A model generated the notes under the pieces. The model ran no database searches. It saw only the letters and a program-made list of their open reading frames with translations, and was not told where the DNA came from. Below, one piece after another: positions 27,198-36,280 of a DNA stretch of 45,926 nt (the stretch's first letter is position 1; each line of letters opens with the position of its first letter). Source of the stretch: an uncultured Candidatus Saccharibacteria bacterium (lineage in GTDB: Bacteria; Patescibacteriota; Minisyncoccia; Phycocordibacterales; XYD1-FULL-46-19); contig CAZVBR010000001.1 in NCBI GenBank assembly GCA_964625755.1, forward strand, positions 1 to 45,926. Reading direction: 5' to 3'. The position numbers were made by a program, and so were the translations under genes.

Positions 27198-27355
27198 GAA
27201 GTTAAAAGTGATGGTCATTAAATCACTTCAACGATCTTTGTGTTTCTTGAAGGTCTCTCTTTGAGCGAGTATTGATTGTTAGGGTGGCGCTTGGCGGATT
27301 TAAGGTTGAATAATTTTTTTGGTAAGTAATGATCTAAAAGGGAAGGCGATTGACT

Positions 27356-28429
27356 ATGATCAAGGGAAGCAAAATGGCAAAAAAAAGAAAGAGAGTATGT
27401 GTCGGTTTGTCCGGAGGCGTTGATTCTTCGGTAACTGCCGCTTTGTTGATCCAGGCCGGGTATGATGTGATCGGTGTTTTTATTCGTGGTTGGGAGCCAC
27501 CGGAGGAAGTCGTGGGCCGGGTGTGTACCTGGCGTGAAGATCGACGAGAGGCTATGAGAGTGGCTTCTTTACTGGGAATCCCTTTTTTTACCTTAGACCT
27601 GTCTTGCCAGTATAAACAAGAAGTGGTTGACAATATGATCGCAGAATATCGATCCGGTCGTACTCCTAATCCGGATGTCTTGTGTAATCAGAAGATCAAA
27701 TTCGGTCATTTTTTGAATTGGTCCAGAGAGGTTGAGGCTGACCTTTTGGCCACCGGGCATTATGCCGAAATAAAGGACGGTAAACTATATCGCGGAGTTG
27801 ACTTCGGCAAAGATCAAAGTTATTGGCTTTGGGCTATCGATCAAAGTGTTTTAAATAATTTAATTTTTCCATTGGGTGAATTAACGAAAGGTCAGGTGAG
27901 AGATTTGGCTCGAAAGTATAACTTGCCGACCGCCGGTAAGCCGGATAGTCAGGGTTTGTGTTTTCTGGGTAAGATAAATGTTCGGGATTTCCTGGCTCAT
28001 TATATTGATATCGAACCCGGGCAGGTAAAGGATGAGTCCGGCCAAGTTATCGGTCATCATCAAGGGGTTTCTTTTTACACTATCGGGCAAAGGCACGGAT
28101 TTCGGTTGAATAGAGCAGATGGTCCTTGGTACGTGATAAAAAAAGATATCTCAAATAATGTTTTGATCGTAAGTCAAAATTTTAAAGACCATAAGGAGGG
28201 TTGTGGCCAGGTGTATTTAAAAGATCTTAACTGGTTTGAAGTACCTGATCCGGAAAAGATCTACGGCGCTCAGGTCAGATATCGTTCCGTTCCGCGTTTG
28301 GGTAAATGGGATCCTTTGTCCGGTAGTTTTATTTTTAATTTCAAGCAACCTGATGTAACTTACGGTCAATCTTTGGTGGTTTACGATGGAGACCGGGTAA
28401 TCGGCGGGGGGATCATGGATGAAAAATAA
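27356..28429 (+). CDS. mnmA: tRNA 2-thiouridine(34) synthase MnmA
   Basis: PP-loop VCVGLSGGVDSSV, GRTPNPDVLCN, LATGHYA, KDQSYWL. Candidate starts are TTG 27350, ATG 27356 and ATG 27374. GGGAAGG at about 27340-27346 favours 27356. Confidence 0.92.
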   Translation: MIKGSKMAKKRKRVCVGLSGGVDSSVTAALLIQAGYDVIGVFIRGWEPPEEVVGRVCTWREDRREAMRVASLLGIPFFTLDLSCQYKQEVVDNMIAEYRSGRTPNPDVLCNQKIKFGHFLNWSREVEADLLATGHYAEIKDGKLYRGVDFGKDQSYWLWAIDQSVLNNLIFPLGELTKGQVRDLARKYNLPTAGKPDSQGLCFLGKINVRDFLAHYIDIEPGQVKDESGQVIGHHQGVSFYTIGQRHGFRLNRADGPWYVIKKDISNNVLIVSQNFKDHKEGCGQVYLKDLNWFEVPDPEKIYGAQVRYRSVPRLGKWDPLSGSFIFNFKQPDVTYGQSLVVYDGDRVIGGGIMDEK

Positions 28430-28470
28430 GTTAGCTTTTTTTTATTTTTAAAATCAGTTAAGATAAAAAA

Positions 28471-30237
28471 ATGCGATCAAGTGAAATTAAAAAAAGGTTC
28501 TTAAATTTTTTTACAGCTCGAGGTCATGTTGTTTTACCGCCGGTCTCACTGTTGCCTCAGGACGATCCTTCAGTGTTGTTTACCACTGCCGGGATGCAAC
28601 AGTTGACACCGTATTTGATGGGAGAACCTCATCCGGCCGGCCGACGCCTGGTAAATGTGCAAAAATGTTTACGGACGGTTGATATCGATGAAGTGGGTGA
28701 TAAGACCCATAATACTTTTTTTCAGATGCTGGGTAACTGGTCGCTTGGTGACTATTTCAAGAAGGAAGCCATTGCTTGGAGTTATCGGTTTTTGACCTCT
28801 AAGACGGAGGGCTTGGGGTTGGATCCCGATCGTCTTTATGTGACGGTATTTTCCGGCGGGGCTCAGGTTCCGGCCGACACGGAGTCAGCTGGCATTTGGC
28901 AAGATCTCGGGATACCTAATGAACGAATATATTATTTATCCGATAATTGGTGGACTCCGGGTCCGGATGGTCCGGCCGGTCCGGACACGGAAATGTTCTA
29001 CGACCTTACTGATGAGGGTCTGGATCTTAAATCAGTTGAGGAATTTAAAAAGGCGGATGCCAAACAGCAGGTGGTCGAGGTGTGGAACAATGTTTTTATG
29101 GAGTATGAGCAAAAAGGGGGAGTGATAAAAGACAAATTAATCCAACAAAATGTTGATACCGGAGCCGGTTTTGAACGCTTGGTGGCTGTAATGCAGGGCA
29201 AGACAAATGTTTTTGATACCGATCTTTTCCTTCCCTTGCGATCGAAGCTTGGTCAGTTTGTTTCAGTCCGTGATGACCGATCGGAGAGGATAATCGTGGA
29301 TCATATCCGAGCCTCTGTTTTTTTGGTGGCCGACGGAGTCAGGCCTTCCAATACCGAGCAGGGGTATATTTTACGAAGACTTTTACGTCGAGCAATTCGC
29401 TTTGGTTATGGTTTGGGTATTGGGTCTGAGGCGTGGTCTGAATTGATCGAGACAGTAATAAAGCAATACGGTGAGGATTATCCTGAATTACCGGAAGGAA
29501 GAAATGAGATTTTGCGGGTTATTTTAGAAGAGGAAGGTAAATTCCAGGAAACTTTAGCCAAAGGCTTAAAAGAGTTTGAAAAACAAGTTTCCGGAAGTAT
29601 TGATGGGCCGACTGCTTTTAAACTTTTTTCAACCTACGGATTTCCTTGGGAAATGATAAAAGAACTAGCCCATGAGAGAGGGGTGGAAGTGGCACCGGAT
29701 GAAGATTTCCGGGCGGCTTTGGCTGAGCATCAAAAAAAATCCCGAACCGGATCAGAGAAACGTTTTGCCGGGGGGTTGGCGTCCCAGGAGGAGCAGGCCG
29801 TGAAATACCACACCGCCACGCATTTATTGCACCAGGCCTTGATCGATGTTTTGGGAGAGCATGTGACCCAAAAAGGCAGTCATATTACCGGTGAGAGGTT
29901 GAGATTTGATTTTTCTCACTCGGAAAAATTGACCGCGACGGAAAAGGAGGCTCTGGAAAAAAAGGTTAATGAGAAGATCTTGGCTGATCTGCCGGTGAGA
30001 AAAGTAACCCTGTCGCGTCAAGAGGCTGAGGAAACCGGAGCTAAAAGGTTTTTTCAGGAAAAATACGGAGATGAAGTTACAGTTTACTATATAGGCGATT
30101 CTCTGGCTGATGCTTATTCAAAAGAATTTTGTGGCGGTCCGCACGTTGATCGTACCGGGGTGCTGGGTAAGTTCAAGATCGCAAAAGAAGAATCGGTGGC
30201 CGCCGGGATCAGGCGGATCAAGGCAAGGTTGGAATAG
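28471..30237 (+). CDS. alaS: alanine--tRNA ligase, short form (catalytic + helical + minimal editing domain, no C-Ala domain)
   Basis: 588 aa. N-terminus IKKRFLNFFTARGHVVLPPVSLLP, FTTAGMQQ, GAGFERLVAVMQG (motif 3 region), editing zinc motifs HTATHLLH and CGGPH. The ORF ends about 30 aa after CGGPH. Confidence 0.92.
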   Translation: MRSSEIKKRFLNFFTARGHVVLPPVSLLPQDDPSVLFTTAGMQQLTPYLMGEPHPAGRRLVNVQKCLRTVDIDEVGDKTHNTFFQMLGNWSLGDYFKKEAIAWSYRFLTSKTEGLGLDPDRLYVTVFSGGAQVPADTESAGIWQDLGIPNERIYYLSDNWWTPGPDGPAGPDTEMFYDLTDEGLDLKSVEEFKKADAKQQVVEVWNNVFMEYEQKGGVIKDKLIQQNVDTGAGFERLVAVMQGKTNVFDTDLFLPLRSKLGQFVSVRDDRSERIIVDHIRASVFLVADGVRPSNTEQGYILRRLLRRAIRFGYGLGIGSEAWSELIETVIKQYGEDYPELPEGRNEILRVILEEEGKFQETLAKGLKEFEKQVSGSIDGPTAFKLFSTYGFPWEMIKELAHERGVEVAPDEDFRAALAEHQKKSRTGSEKRFAGGLASQEEQAVKYHTATHLLHQALIDVLGEHVTQKGSHITGERLRFDFSHSEKLTATEKEALEKKVNEKILADLPVRKVTLSRQEAEETGAKRFFQEKYGDEVTVYYIGDSLADAYSKEFCGGPHVDRTGVLGKFKIAKEESVAAGIRRIKARLE

Positions 30238-30268
30238 GACTTTTTGAAGTTGAGGCTCGTTTGTGATG

Positions 30269-30277
30269 TGATATAAT
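30269..30277 (+). promoter_or_regulatory. extended -10 promoter-like element TGaTATAAT, 8 nt upstream of ATG 30286
   Basis: gatgtgatataat read at 30265-30277; the identical 13-mer recurs at 31485-31497. Confidence 0.45.
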
Positions 30278-30285
30278 AAAGTTAA

Positions 30286-31491
30286 ATGAAACTTGACTGG
30301 TTAATATCAAAAAATAAACATCGCGGTCCGTTTGTGGTCATTGATATCGGAAGCGCTAGCGTTGGCGGGGCTTTAATTTATCCGAAAAACAGTTCAGATA
30401 AAACCAGTTTAGTAATGACCGATGCTTGCCGATTTCCGGTCAAACTGGTCAAAGAACTTTCTCTCCAGATCTTCATCAAAAGTTTAAGCGAATCTTTAAA
30501 TAAGGTCGTAAATAAAATTCAGGCTTCGGATAATTACTCCCAACCTCAGGCGGTGTTTGTTTTTTTACCTTCGATTTTTGTTGTCAGTCGAACTAGGGTG
30601 ATAAATCATCAAAGTCCTGGTCGTGATTTTTCGGTGAACAGGAAATTGGTTAAAAAATTGGTCGACGGATCAAAAAAGGAATTTCAAGATAAATGGCCCA
30701 AGTTGTTTCCGGCCGTGATCGATGATCAGACTGTCGAGTTAGATGACACCGTATTAGAGGTTAGGCTTAATGGTTATAAAATAAATAATCCCATCAATAA
30801 ACAAGCAAACCAATTATCGCTTACTCATTATTACAGTTTGACCTCGGAAGCCATAAAGAAAAAGTTTAATGATCAGATGTTGCTTTGGCCTGATAATGCG
30901 ATCGAGTATCATTCTTTTGGTCTGGCGTATTATCGCGTCATGCAGTATTTAAATCCCGAGGAGCAGGATGTGATATTGATGGACGTTACCGGTGAGTTGT
31001 CGGATCTATATCTGGTTCGGGGCGGTCTTTTGCTGAATAATTCATCATTTCCAATAGGTAAGAATTGTATTTTAAGGCGGTTGGCTGAGTGTTTGAATAC
31101 CACCGGGGCTGAGGTTTACTCGACTCTTACTCTTTTCAAGCAAGGTAAATTAGAAAAACGCAGTTATGAAAAGATCGAAAAAGCTCTGGAAGGGGTGAGA
31201 AAAGAGTGGCTTGCGGGTTTGGTGGAAACGCTGGAGATACTCCAGGGTCATTATTTATTGCCGGAAAAATTAATGATCATGGGTGATGATATTGTGTGCC
31301 AGATTTTCACCGATTGGCTTAACCGGGAACCATTAGAAAAATTCACCCTGTCTCACCAATCGATAGAAGCTCAGTATGTTAAACCCCGGTTATTCTCTGA
31401 TCATTATCTATCCGGGTCGCATCGTGATGAAATGCCGACAGAAGATCCGTTTCTATTGACGGCCGGGTTGTTTTGTAAATATTGGATGTGA
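30286..31491 (+). CDS. hypothetical protein, divergent actin-fold (FtsA/PilM-like) with degenerate nucleotide-binding motifs
   Basis: 401 aa. Phosphate-1-like FVVIDIGSASVGGALIY. Phosphate-2 position reads VILMDVTGELSDLYLV instead of DxGGGTTD. FPIGKNCILRRLAE resembles FtsA ipvGGnhiT. The adenosine-motif position reads LMIMGDDI instead of LtGGg. Confidence 0.5.
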   Translation: MKLDWLISKNKHRGPFVVIDIGSASVGGALIYPKNSSDKTSLVMTDACRFPVKLVKELSLQIFIKSLSESLNKVVNKIQASDNYSQPQAVFVFLPSIFVVSRTRVINHQSPGRDFSVNRKLVKKLVDGSKKEFQDKWPKLFPAVIDDQTVELDDTVLEVRLNGYKINNPINKQANQLSLTHYYSLTSEAIKKKFNDQMLLWPDNAIEYHSFGLAYYRVMQYLNPEEQDVILMDVTGELSDLYLVRGGLLLNNSSFPIGKNCILRRLAECLNTTGAEVYSTLTLFKQGKLEKRSYEKIEKALEGVRKEWLAGLVETLEILQGHYLLPEKLMIMGDDIVCQIFTDWLNREPLEKFTLSHQSIEAQYVKPRLFSDHYLSGSHRDEMPTEDPFLLTAGLFCKYWM

Positions 31492-31497
31492 TATAAT
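31489..31497 (+). promoter_or_regulatory. extended -10 promoter-like element TGaTATAAT overlapping the stop codon of the preceding gene
   Basis: gatgtgatataat at 31485-31497. A perfect TTGACA at 31521-31526 has no matching -10 hexamer. Confidence 0.35.
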
Positions 31498-31545
31498 TTG
31501 CAAGTGTTTAGATTATTATTTTGACAGAAATTAATCAATTATTTT

Positions 31546-32856
31546 GTGACTAACGATATAAAATCAAGGCGAAAAAGTTTGCGAGAAGTTTTGCCAAAAG
31601 AAAAATTCGATCAGTCGGCCAGCCGATTCAACAATGACCGTAACGGGAGATCGAATGGCGATAATGGTGGATTAGGGCAAGGGGGGAGACTGGCGGCTAA
31701 GCGGCGCTTTGTGCCTAAAGCCCTGCTCTGGTCTCTGGCGGGATTGTTGGTGATCTTTGGGGCCATCGCGGCCTCTACGGCGTTTGCTCGAATAGAAATT
31801 GACCTGGTCCCCAAGCAAGCGGTTATAAATCTTGAAGATGATCAAAATTGGCAGGCTCAGTCTTCACCGTCAACTCGGGAATTGGAGTTCGGCACGATCA
31901 CCGACAGACTAACTGAAACCCGTCAGGTGGAGGCCAGCGGAGTGGAAAGCGTTAGTCGTCAAGCTCGAGGCGAGGTCACTATTTATAACGAATACTCTCA
32001 AGAGGCGATAACCTTGATCAATCAAACTCGATTTGCCGATCAAGAGGGTCGGGAGTATCGGATCCAGGAAGCTATTTCGTTGCCCGGGTATACCATGGAA
32101 GGGGGAGAGAAAGTCCCTGGAGAATTGACGGTGGAAGTCAGGGCGGATCAGCCCGGAGAAGAGTATAACATCGGGCCGTCTGATTTTGTGGTGCCGGGTT
32201 TGGAGGGAACCCAACAGTACGAGGAAATTTACGCAAAGTCCTCTGAACCTATGTCTGGTGGATTTGTGGGAGAGATAAGTCAGGTTGACGAAGAAGATCA
32301 AGAGAGGGTTTCGAAAGAACTGGAGGAGTCTCTGACCGAACAGGCAAGAACGGGAAACCAAATCGATGTTCCTCCGGGTTATGTCCTTTTTGATGACGCG
32401 ATCATCTTTGATTTTGATTCGGAAGTTTTAACTAATCAGGCTGATCCCGGCCAGGCAAATATTAAAGGCGAGTTAGCGATAAAAGCAGTGATCTTTGATG
32501 AGAATAAGTTGGCAGAGTATCTGGCTCGAGAAGTTGTCCGAGACTATGATGATAGAAGTATTACATTAAAGAATGCAAATGAACTTGGTTTTAATTTGGT
32601 TGATTATTCGCCGAGTTTTAGGCAGTTGGAAAATATTGAGTTTAATTTAAGTGGTCAGGCTCATTTGATCTGGTTAATAGATGAGGATGACCTAAGATCG
32701 GATCTGGCGGGCAGACCGAAATCAGAGGCTAATGACATTATAGAAGAGTATTCAATCGAGCAAAGTCGCATTAGATCAACTCCTTTTTGGTTAAAAACCA
32801 TACCGGATAATTCAGACAAAATAAAGGTTAATATCCATCTGTCAGAGTCGGCTTAA
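31546..32856 (+). CDS. hypothetical bitopic membrane protein with a large acidic extracytoplasmic domain
   Basis: 436 aa. GTG 31546 is the only canonical start in the open frame. Basic, Gly-rich cytoplasmic N-terminus, one TM helix (ALLWSLAGLLVIFGAIAASTAFA), then about 350 aa. The segment ARGEVTIYNEY...TRF...GREYRIQEAISLPG...LTVEVRADQPGEEYNIGPSDFVVPGL weakly recalls Baseplate_J-like proteins annotated in CPR genomes (memory only). Confidence 0.55.
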   Translation: MTNDIKSRRKSLREVLPKEKFDQSASRFNNDRNGRSNGDNGGLGQGGRLAAKRRFVPKALLWSLAGLLVIFGAIAASTAFARIEIDLVPKQAVINLEDDQNWQAQSSPSTRELEFGTITDRLTETRQVEASGVESVSRQARGEVTIYNEYSQEAITLINQTRFADQEGREYRIQEAISLPGYTMEGGEKVPGELTVEVRADQPGEEYNIGPSDFVVPGLEGTQQYEEIYAKSSEPMSGGFVGEISQVDEEDQERVSKELEESLTEQARTGNQIDVPPGYVLFDDAIIFDFDSEVLTNQADPGQANIKGELAIKAVIFDENKLAEYLAREVVRDYDDRSITLKNANELGFNLVDYSPSFRQLENIEFNLSGQAHLIWLIDEDDLRSDLAGRPKSEANDIIEEYSIEQSRIRSTPFWLKTIPDNSDKIKVNIHLSESA

Positions 32857-32989
32857 AATCGGCCCAAAGTTTGGTCTGGGCGTATTTTCAAGGTTGGTTT
32901 GACTTCTAGTGAAAATAAGTTTATAGTGTCTATAAGTAAGACTAAATGTTCCTTTTTGTTTTGCTTGGTGTGATTACAATTAAATTGAC

Positions 32990-33019
32990 TTGACTAAGTA
33001 TTAGGTATTTTGTTAAGAT
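32990..33019 (+). promoter_or_regulatory. promoter-like TTGACT-N18-TGtTAAGAT upstream of infA
   Basis: Tandem TTGACT at 32985-32990 and 32990-32995, extended -10 TG at 33011-33012, TAAGAT at 33014-33019, 18 nt before ATG 33038. Confidence 0.45.
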
Positions 33020-33037
33020 TAAAAACAGCGTGTCAAA

Positions 33038-33277
33038 ATGAATAGAGGCGAAAGTGGCGAGAATCCATTAAATGAAAAAGATGGTGGGTTGGTTTCTGGT
33101 GTCGTAATTGAAGCTTTACCGAATACTCTGTTTAGAGTTAAGTTGGATGACACTGAAATACTGGCTTATTTGGCCGGAAAAATGAGATTACACCGAATTA
33201 AAGTTTTGGTGGGTGATAAGGTGAAAGTAAAACTTGACCCATACGGAGGAAAGGGTCGAATTGTTCGAAGACTGTAA
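33038..33277 (+). CDS. infA: translation initiation factor IF-1
   Basis: 79 aa. S1-like core [49 protein letters not shown]. Confidence 0.95.
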   Translation: MNRGESGENPLNEKDGGLVSGVVIEALPNTLFRVKLDDTEILAYLAGKMRLHRIKVLVGDKVKVKLDPYGGKGRIVRRL

Positions 33278-33290
33278 CAATGAATTTATT

Positions 33291-33407
33291 ATGAAAGTAA
33301 AATCAACGATCAAAAAACGCTGTCCTCAGTGTAAAATGATAAAAAGACAAGGACGATTATATATTATTTGTAAAAGTAAGCCTCGTCATAAACAAAAACA
33401 GGCTTAA
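33291..33407 (+). CDS. rpmJ: 50S ribosomal protein L36
   Basis: Below the ORF-track size cutoff. Hand translation gives [38 protein letters not shown] (38 aa) with a CxxC...C...H zinc-ribbon pattern, in the canonical infA-rpmJ-rpsM position. Confidence 0.93.
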   Translation: MKVKSTIKKRCPQCKMIKRQGRLYIICKSKPRHKQKQA

Positions 33408-33413
33408 AATTTT

Positions 33414-33794
33414 ATGCGTATAGCAGGTATTACAATTCCAGAAAATAAAAAGCTATTTGTAGGTTTAACCATCGTGTATGGTTTGGGCCAGTCAAAATCC
33501 CGAAAAATTTTAGAGCAAGCCGGGATAGAACCAGAGAGTAAGCCGAAAGATCTAACAGAAGAGCAAGAGAATAAATTACGTGAATTAGTTGAAGGAGAGA
33601 GGATCGAAGGAGATCTCAAGCGTTGGGTGGCCGGAAATATTAAGAGACTAAGAGAAATAAAATCTTATCGCGGTTGGCGTCATATTAAGGGTCTGCCGGG
33701 TCGAGGTCAGAGAACAAAGACCAATTCCAGAACTAGAAGAGGTAATGTTCGAAAGACCATGGGTTCGGGTAAGCGAAAAGTTGAAAAGAAATAA
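33414..33794 (+). CDS. rpsM: 30S ribosomal protein S13
   Basis: 126 aa. MRIAGITIPENKKLFVGLTIVYGLG, YRGWRHIKGLPGRGQRTKTN. Confidence 0.97.
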   Translation: MRIAGITIPENKKLFVGLTIVYGLGQSKSRKILEQAGIEPESKPKDLTEEQENKLRELVEGERIEGDLKRWVAGNIKRLREIKSYRGWRHIKGLPGRGQRTKTNSRTRRGNVRKTMGSGKRKVEKK

Positions 33795-33797
33795 TAT

Positions 33798-34229
33798 ATG
33801 GGTAAAAAGAGAATCGTAAAAAAAAGCGGAGATGTAAATGCTGGAGCCAAAGCTCGAATTACAAATCGGGTACCAAAAAAGAAATTGGATCATGGAGTGT
33901 TGCATGTTCGAGCAACTTATAACAATACCATGCTTCATTTGACAGATCCGGAAGGGAAGTCGGTTCTGAGTACTTCATCCGGGGCTCTGGGTTTTAAAGG
34001 GTCAAAAAAAGGAACACCTTTTGCGGCTAGCAAGGCCGGGGAATTAATGGCCGAGAAGGGTCTGCAGATGGGGTTAAGTGAGGTGATGGTGGTGGTTAAA
34101 GGGGTTGGAGCTGGACGGGAGTCAGCGATTCGGGCTTTTGTTAACAAGGGCATAGGTTTAACCTCGATCACTGATCGAACTCCGGTACCGTTTAACGGTC
34201 CTCGTCCACCCAAACCGAGAAGAGTTTAA
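33798..34229 (+). CDS. rpsK: 30S ribosomal protein S11
   Basis: 143 aa. GVLHVRATYNNTMLHLTD, GFKGSKKGTPFAA, ITDRTPVPFNGPRPPKPRR. Confidence 0.97.
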   Translation: MGKKRIVKKSGDVNAGAKARITNRVPKKKLDHGVLHVRATYNNTMLHLTDPEGKSVLSTSSGALGFKGSKKGTPFAASKAGELMAEKGLQMGLSEVMVVVKGVGAGRESAIRAFVNKGIGLTSITDRTPVPFNGPRPPKPRRV

Positions 34230-34252
34230 GGAGTTAATTATTTTTTGAAATC

Positions 34253-34867
34253 ATGAAAATTGGTCCTAAATACAAAATTTGTCGTCGCGTGGGAGATCGG
34301 GTGTTTGCAAAGTGCGAAACCACTAAATTTACAGTGTCCGGTATTCAACCAAAACAAAAAGGGAAAAAACGTCGTAAGCCTTTAAGTGAGTACGGTTCTC
34401 AGCTTTTGGAAAAGCAAAAAGCCCGTTATACATATGGCGTCTCTGAAAAGCAGTTCGTAAATTATGTCAAAAAAGCCAGACAGCAATCGAAAGTGAATCC
34501 GGCTGCAAAAATTTTTCAACAACTGGAAAGTCGTTTAGATAATGCGGTCTATCGTTCAGGCTTAGCGTCGACTCGTGGTTTAGCGAGGCAAATTGTCAGC
34601 CACGGCCATATAATGGTCAACGGGCGAAAGGTAACGATCCCGTCTTATCAGATCAAAGCTGATGATGTATTGAGTGTCCGGCCTCAGAGTCGGGACAAGG
34701 GGGTGTTTACCGGTCTAACCGAAAAATTAAAGGATACGACCTTGCCGGTCTGGTTGAGCTTGGGTGATAAAGAAGAGAAAATCAAGGTGCTGGCTTTACC
34801 GGAACCAAAAATAAAAGAAGATTCGACGATCAATTATCATTCGATCATCGAGTTTTATAGTCGTTAA
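34253..34867 (+). CDS. rpsD: 30S ribosomal protein S4
   Basis: 204 aa. SEYGSQLLEKQKARYTYG, S4 RNA-binding domain RLDNAVYRSGLASTRGLARQIVSHGHIMVNG. Confidence 0.96.
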   Translation: MKIGPKYKICRRVGDRVFAKCETTKFTVSGIQPKQKGKKRRKPLSEYGSQLLEKQKARYTYGVSEKQFVNYVKKARQQSKVNPAAKIFQQLESRLDNAVYRSGLASTRGLARQIVSHGHIMVNGRKVTIPSYQIKADDVLSVRPQSRDKGVFTGLTEKLKDTTLPVWLSLGDKEEKIKVLALPEPKIKEDSTINYHSIIEFYSR

Positions 34868-34907
34868 AATTATTAACTAATGTTATCAGTTAATTTCGAA
34901 ATTTAGC

Positions 34908-35885
34908 ATGCCGGATTTTAATGTTATTTTACCTTCTCAGCCCAGAGTGATATCCGAGGATGAGTTTACTGGTGTTTATGAAGTAGAAGGTCTCTATCCC
35001 GGGTATGGTCATACTTTGGGTAATTCGTTGCGGAGGATCATTCTGTCTTCTTTGCCTGGCTATGCCGTGACGGCCATAAAAATTGAAGGGGTTAACCATG
35101 AGTTCTCGACTATCGAAGGCGTAAAGCAGGATGTTATAACGATCTTACTTAACTTAAAGAAGGTCAGGTTCAGAGTGATCGGGGATGAACCCCAGGTTGC
35201 AACTGTCGATGCGGTCGGACCGGGCGAGGTAACGGCCAAGGACTTAAAGCTCCCCGGAAATGTTGAAGTAGTGGATCCAGATCAGAAGATCGCAGATCTG
35301 GCTGACAAGCAGTCCAAATTAAAGATGGAGTTAAAGCTTGAGAAAGGCCTGGGTTATGTTCCGAAAGAGTTATTACAGCAAGACAAAATGGATGTCGGTA
35401 TTATCGCCACTGATGCCACTTTTACTCCGATCAGGAGAGTGAGTTATGAAGTTGAGCATATGAGAGTCGGCAATCGCACCGATTTTAATCGGTTGAGAAT
35501 CGCCCTTGAGACTAATGGTGAGATCACACCCAAGGAAGCGTTGACCAGATCGATTGATATAATGATCAGTCAATTAAAGGCGATCGTGGGGTTTAAGGAA
35601 AATGAACAAGAAAGCGAAGTAGACCAGGTAATTGAAGACTCGGAAGCTGACAAGGAAAAAGAAAAAAAAGATAAAGAAAGAGCTGAGGAAGCATTGAAGA
35701 CCAGAGTAGAAGATATGGATCTGTCACCTCGAACTCTCAAATCATTACAAGCCGCCAGTATTAGGACCGCCGGAGGATTGGCCCGAAAAAAAGAGACGGA
35801 TCTTTTGGCGCTGTCGGGCTTGGGAGAAAAAGGGGTTCAAGAGATAAAAAGGGCTTTGAGTAATTTGGGAATTGTGTTAAAGTAG
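34908..35885 (+). CDS. rpoA: DNA-directed RNA polymerase subunit alpha
   Basis: 325 aa. NTD GYGHTLGNSLRRILLSSLPG, FTPIRRVSYEVE. An acidic/Lys-rich linker precedes the CTD helix-hairpin-helix LSPRTLKSLQAASIRTAGGL. Confidence 0.96.
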   Translation: MPDFNVILPSQPRVISEDEFTGVYEVEGLYPGYGHTLGNSLRRIILSSLPGYAVTAIKIEGVNHEFSTIEGVKQDVITILLNLKKVRFRVIGDEPQVATVDAVGPGEVTAKDLKLPGNVEVVDPDQKIADLADKQSKLKMELKLEKGLGYVPKELLQQDKMDVGIIATDATFTPIRRVSYEVEHMRVGNRTDFNRLRIALETNGEITPKEALTRSIDIMISQLKAIVGFKENEQESEVDQVIEDSEADKEKEKKDKERAEEALKTRVEDMDLSPRTLKSLQAASIRTAGGLARKKETDLLALSGLGEKGVQEIKRALSNLGIVLK

Positions 35886-35928
35886 TCGGGTGTAATTAGT
35901 ATTAGGGCTATTAAAAGTTACCTTTATC

Positions 35929-36279
35929 ATGAAACATCATAAAGTAAAACCGAAATTAGGAAGGGTCCGAAGTCAAAGAAAGGCTTTGCTTAGAACTTTG
36001 GCAGTGTCCCTGATCAGGCATGAAAGAATAGAGACGACCGAGGCTAAAGCCAAGGCCCTGAGGCCGTTTATTGAGAGACTGGTAACTTTAGCTCGTCGGA
36101 ACGATCTGGCGGCACGACGTTTAGTGATATCACGATTAGGCACTAATGCTGATCTGGGCAAGTTGTTTGACCAGATCGCTCCCCGAATGAAGGATCGACC
36201 GGGGGGTTACACCAGGGTGGTAAAATTACCACCTCGAGCGGGAGATGCAGCTTGTAAGGCTATAATTGAGTTTGTGTAA
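35929..36279 (+). CDS. rplQ: 50S ribosomal protein L17
   Basis: 116 aa. [37 protein letters not shown]. Confidence 0.96.
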   Translation: MKHHKVKPKLGRVRSQRKALLRTLAVSLIRHERIETTEAKAKALRPFIERLVTLARRNDLAARRLVISRLGTNADLGKLFDQIAPRMKDRPGGYTRVVKLPPRAGDAACKAIIEFV

Positions 36280-36280
36280 T

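Noticed and set aside
32946-32993. 15-codon hydrophobic mini-ORF (MFLFVLLGVITIKLT) upstream of infA
   Set aside because: It overlaps the promoter-like TTGACT/TACAAT elements, has no SD or leaderless geometry, and its hydrophobicity is explained by the T-rich spacer composition.
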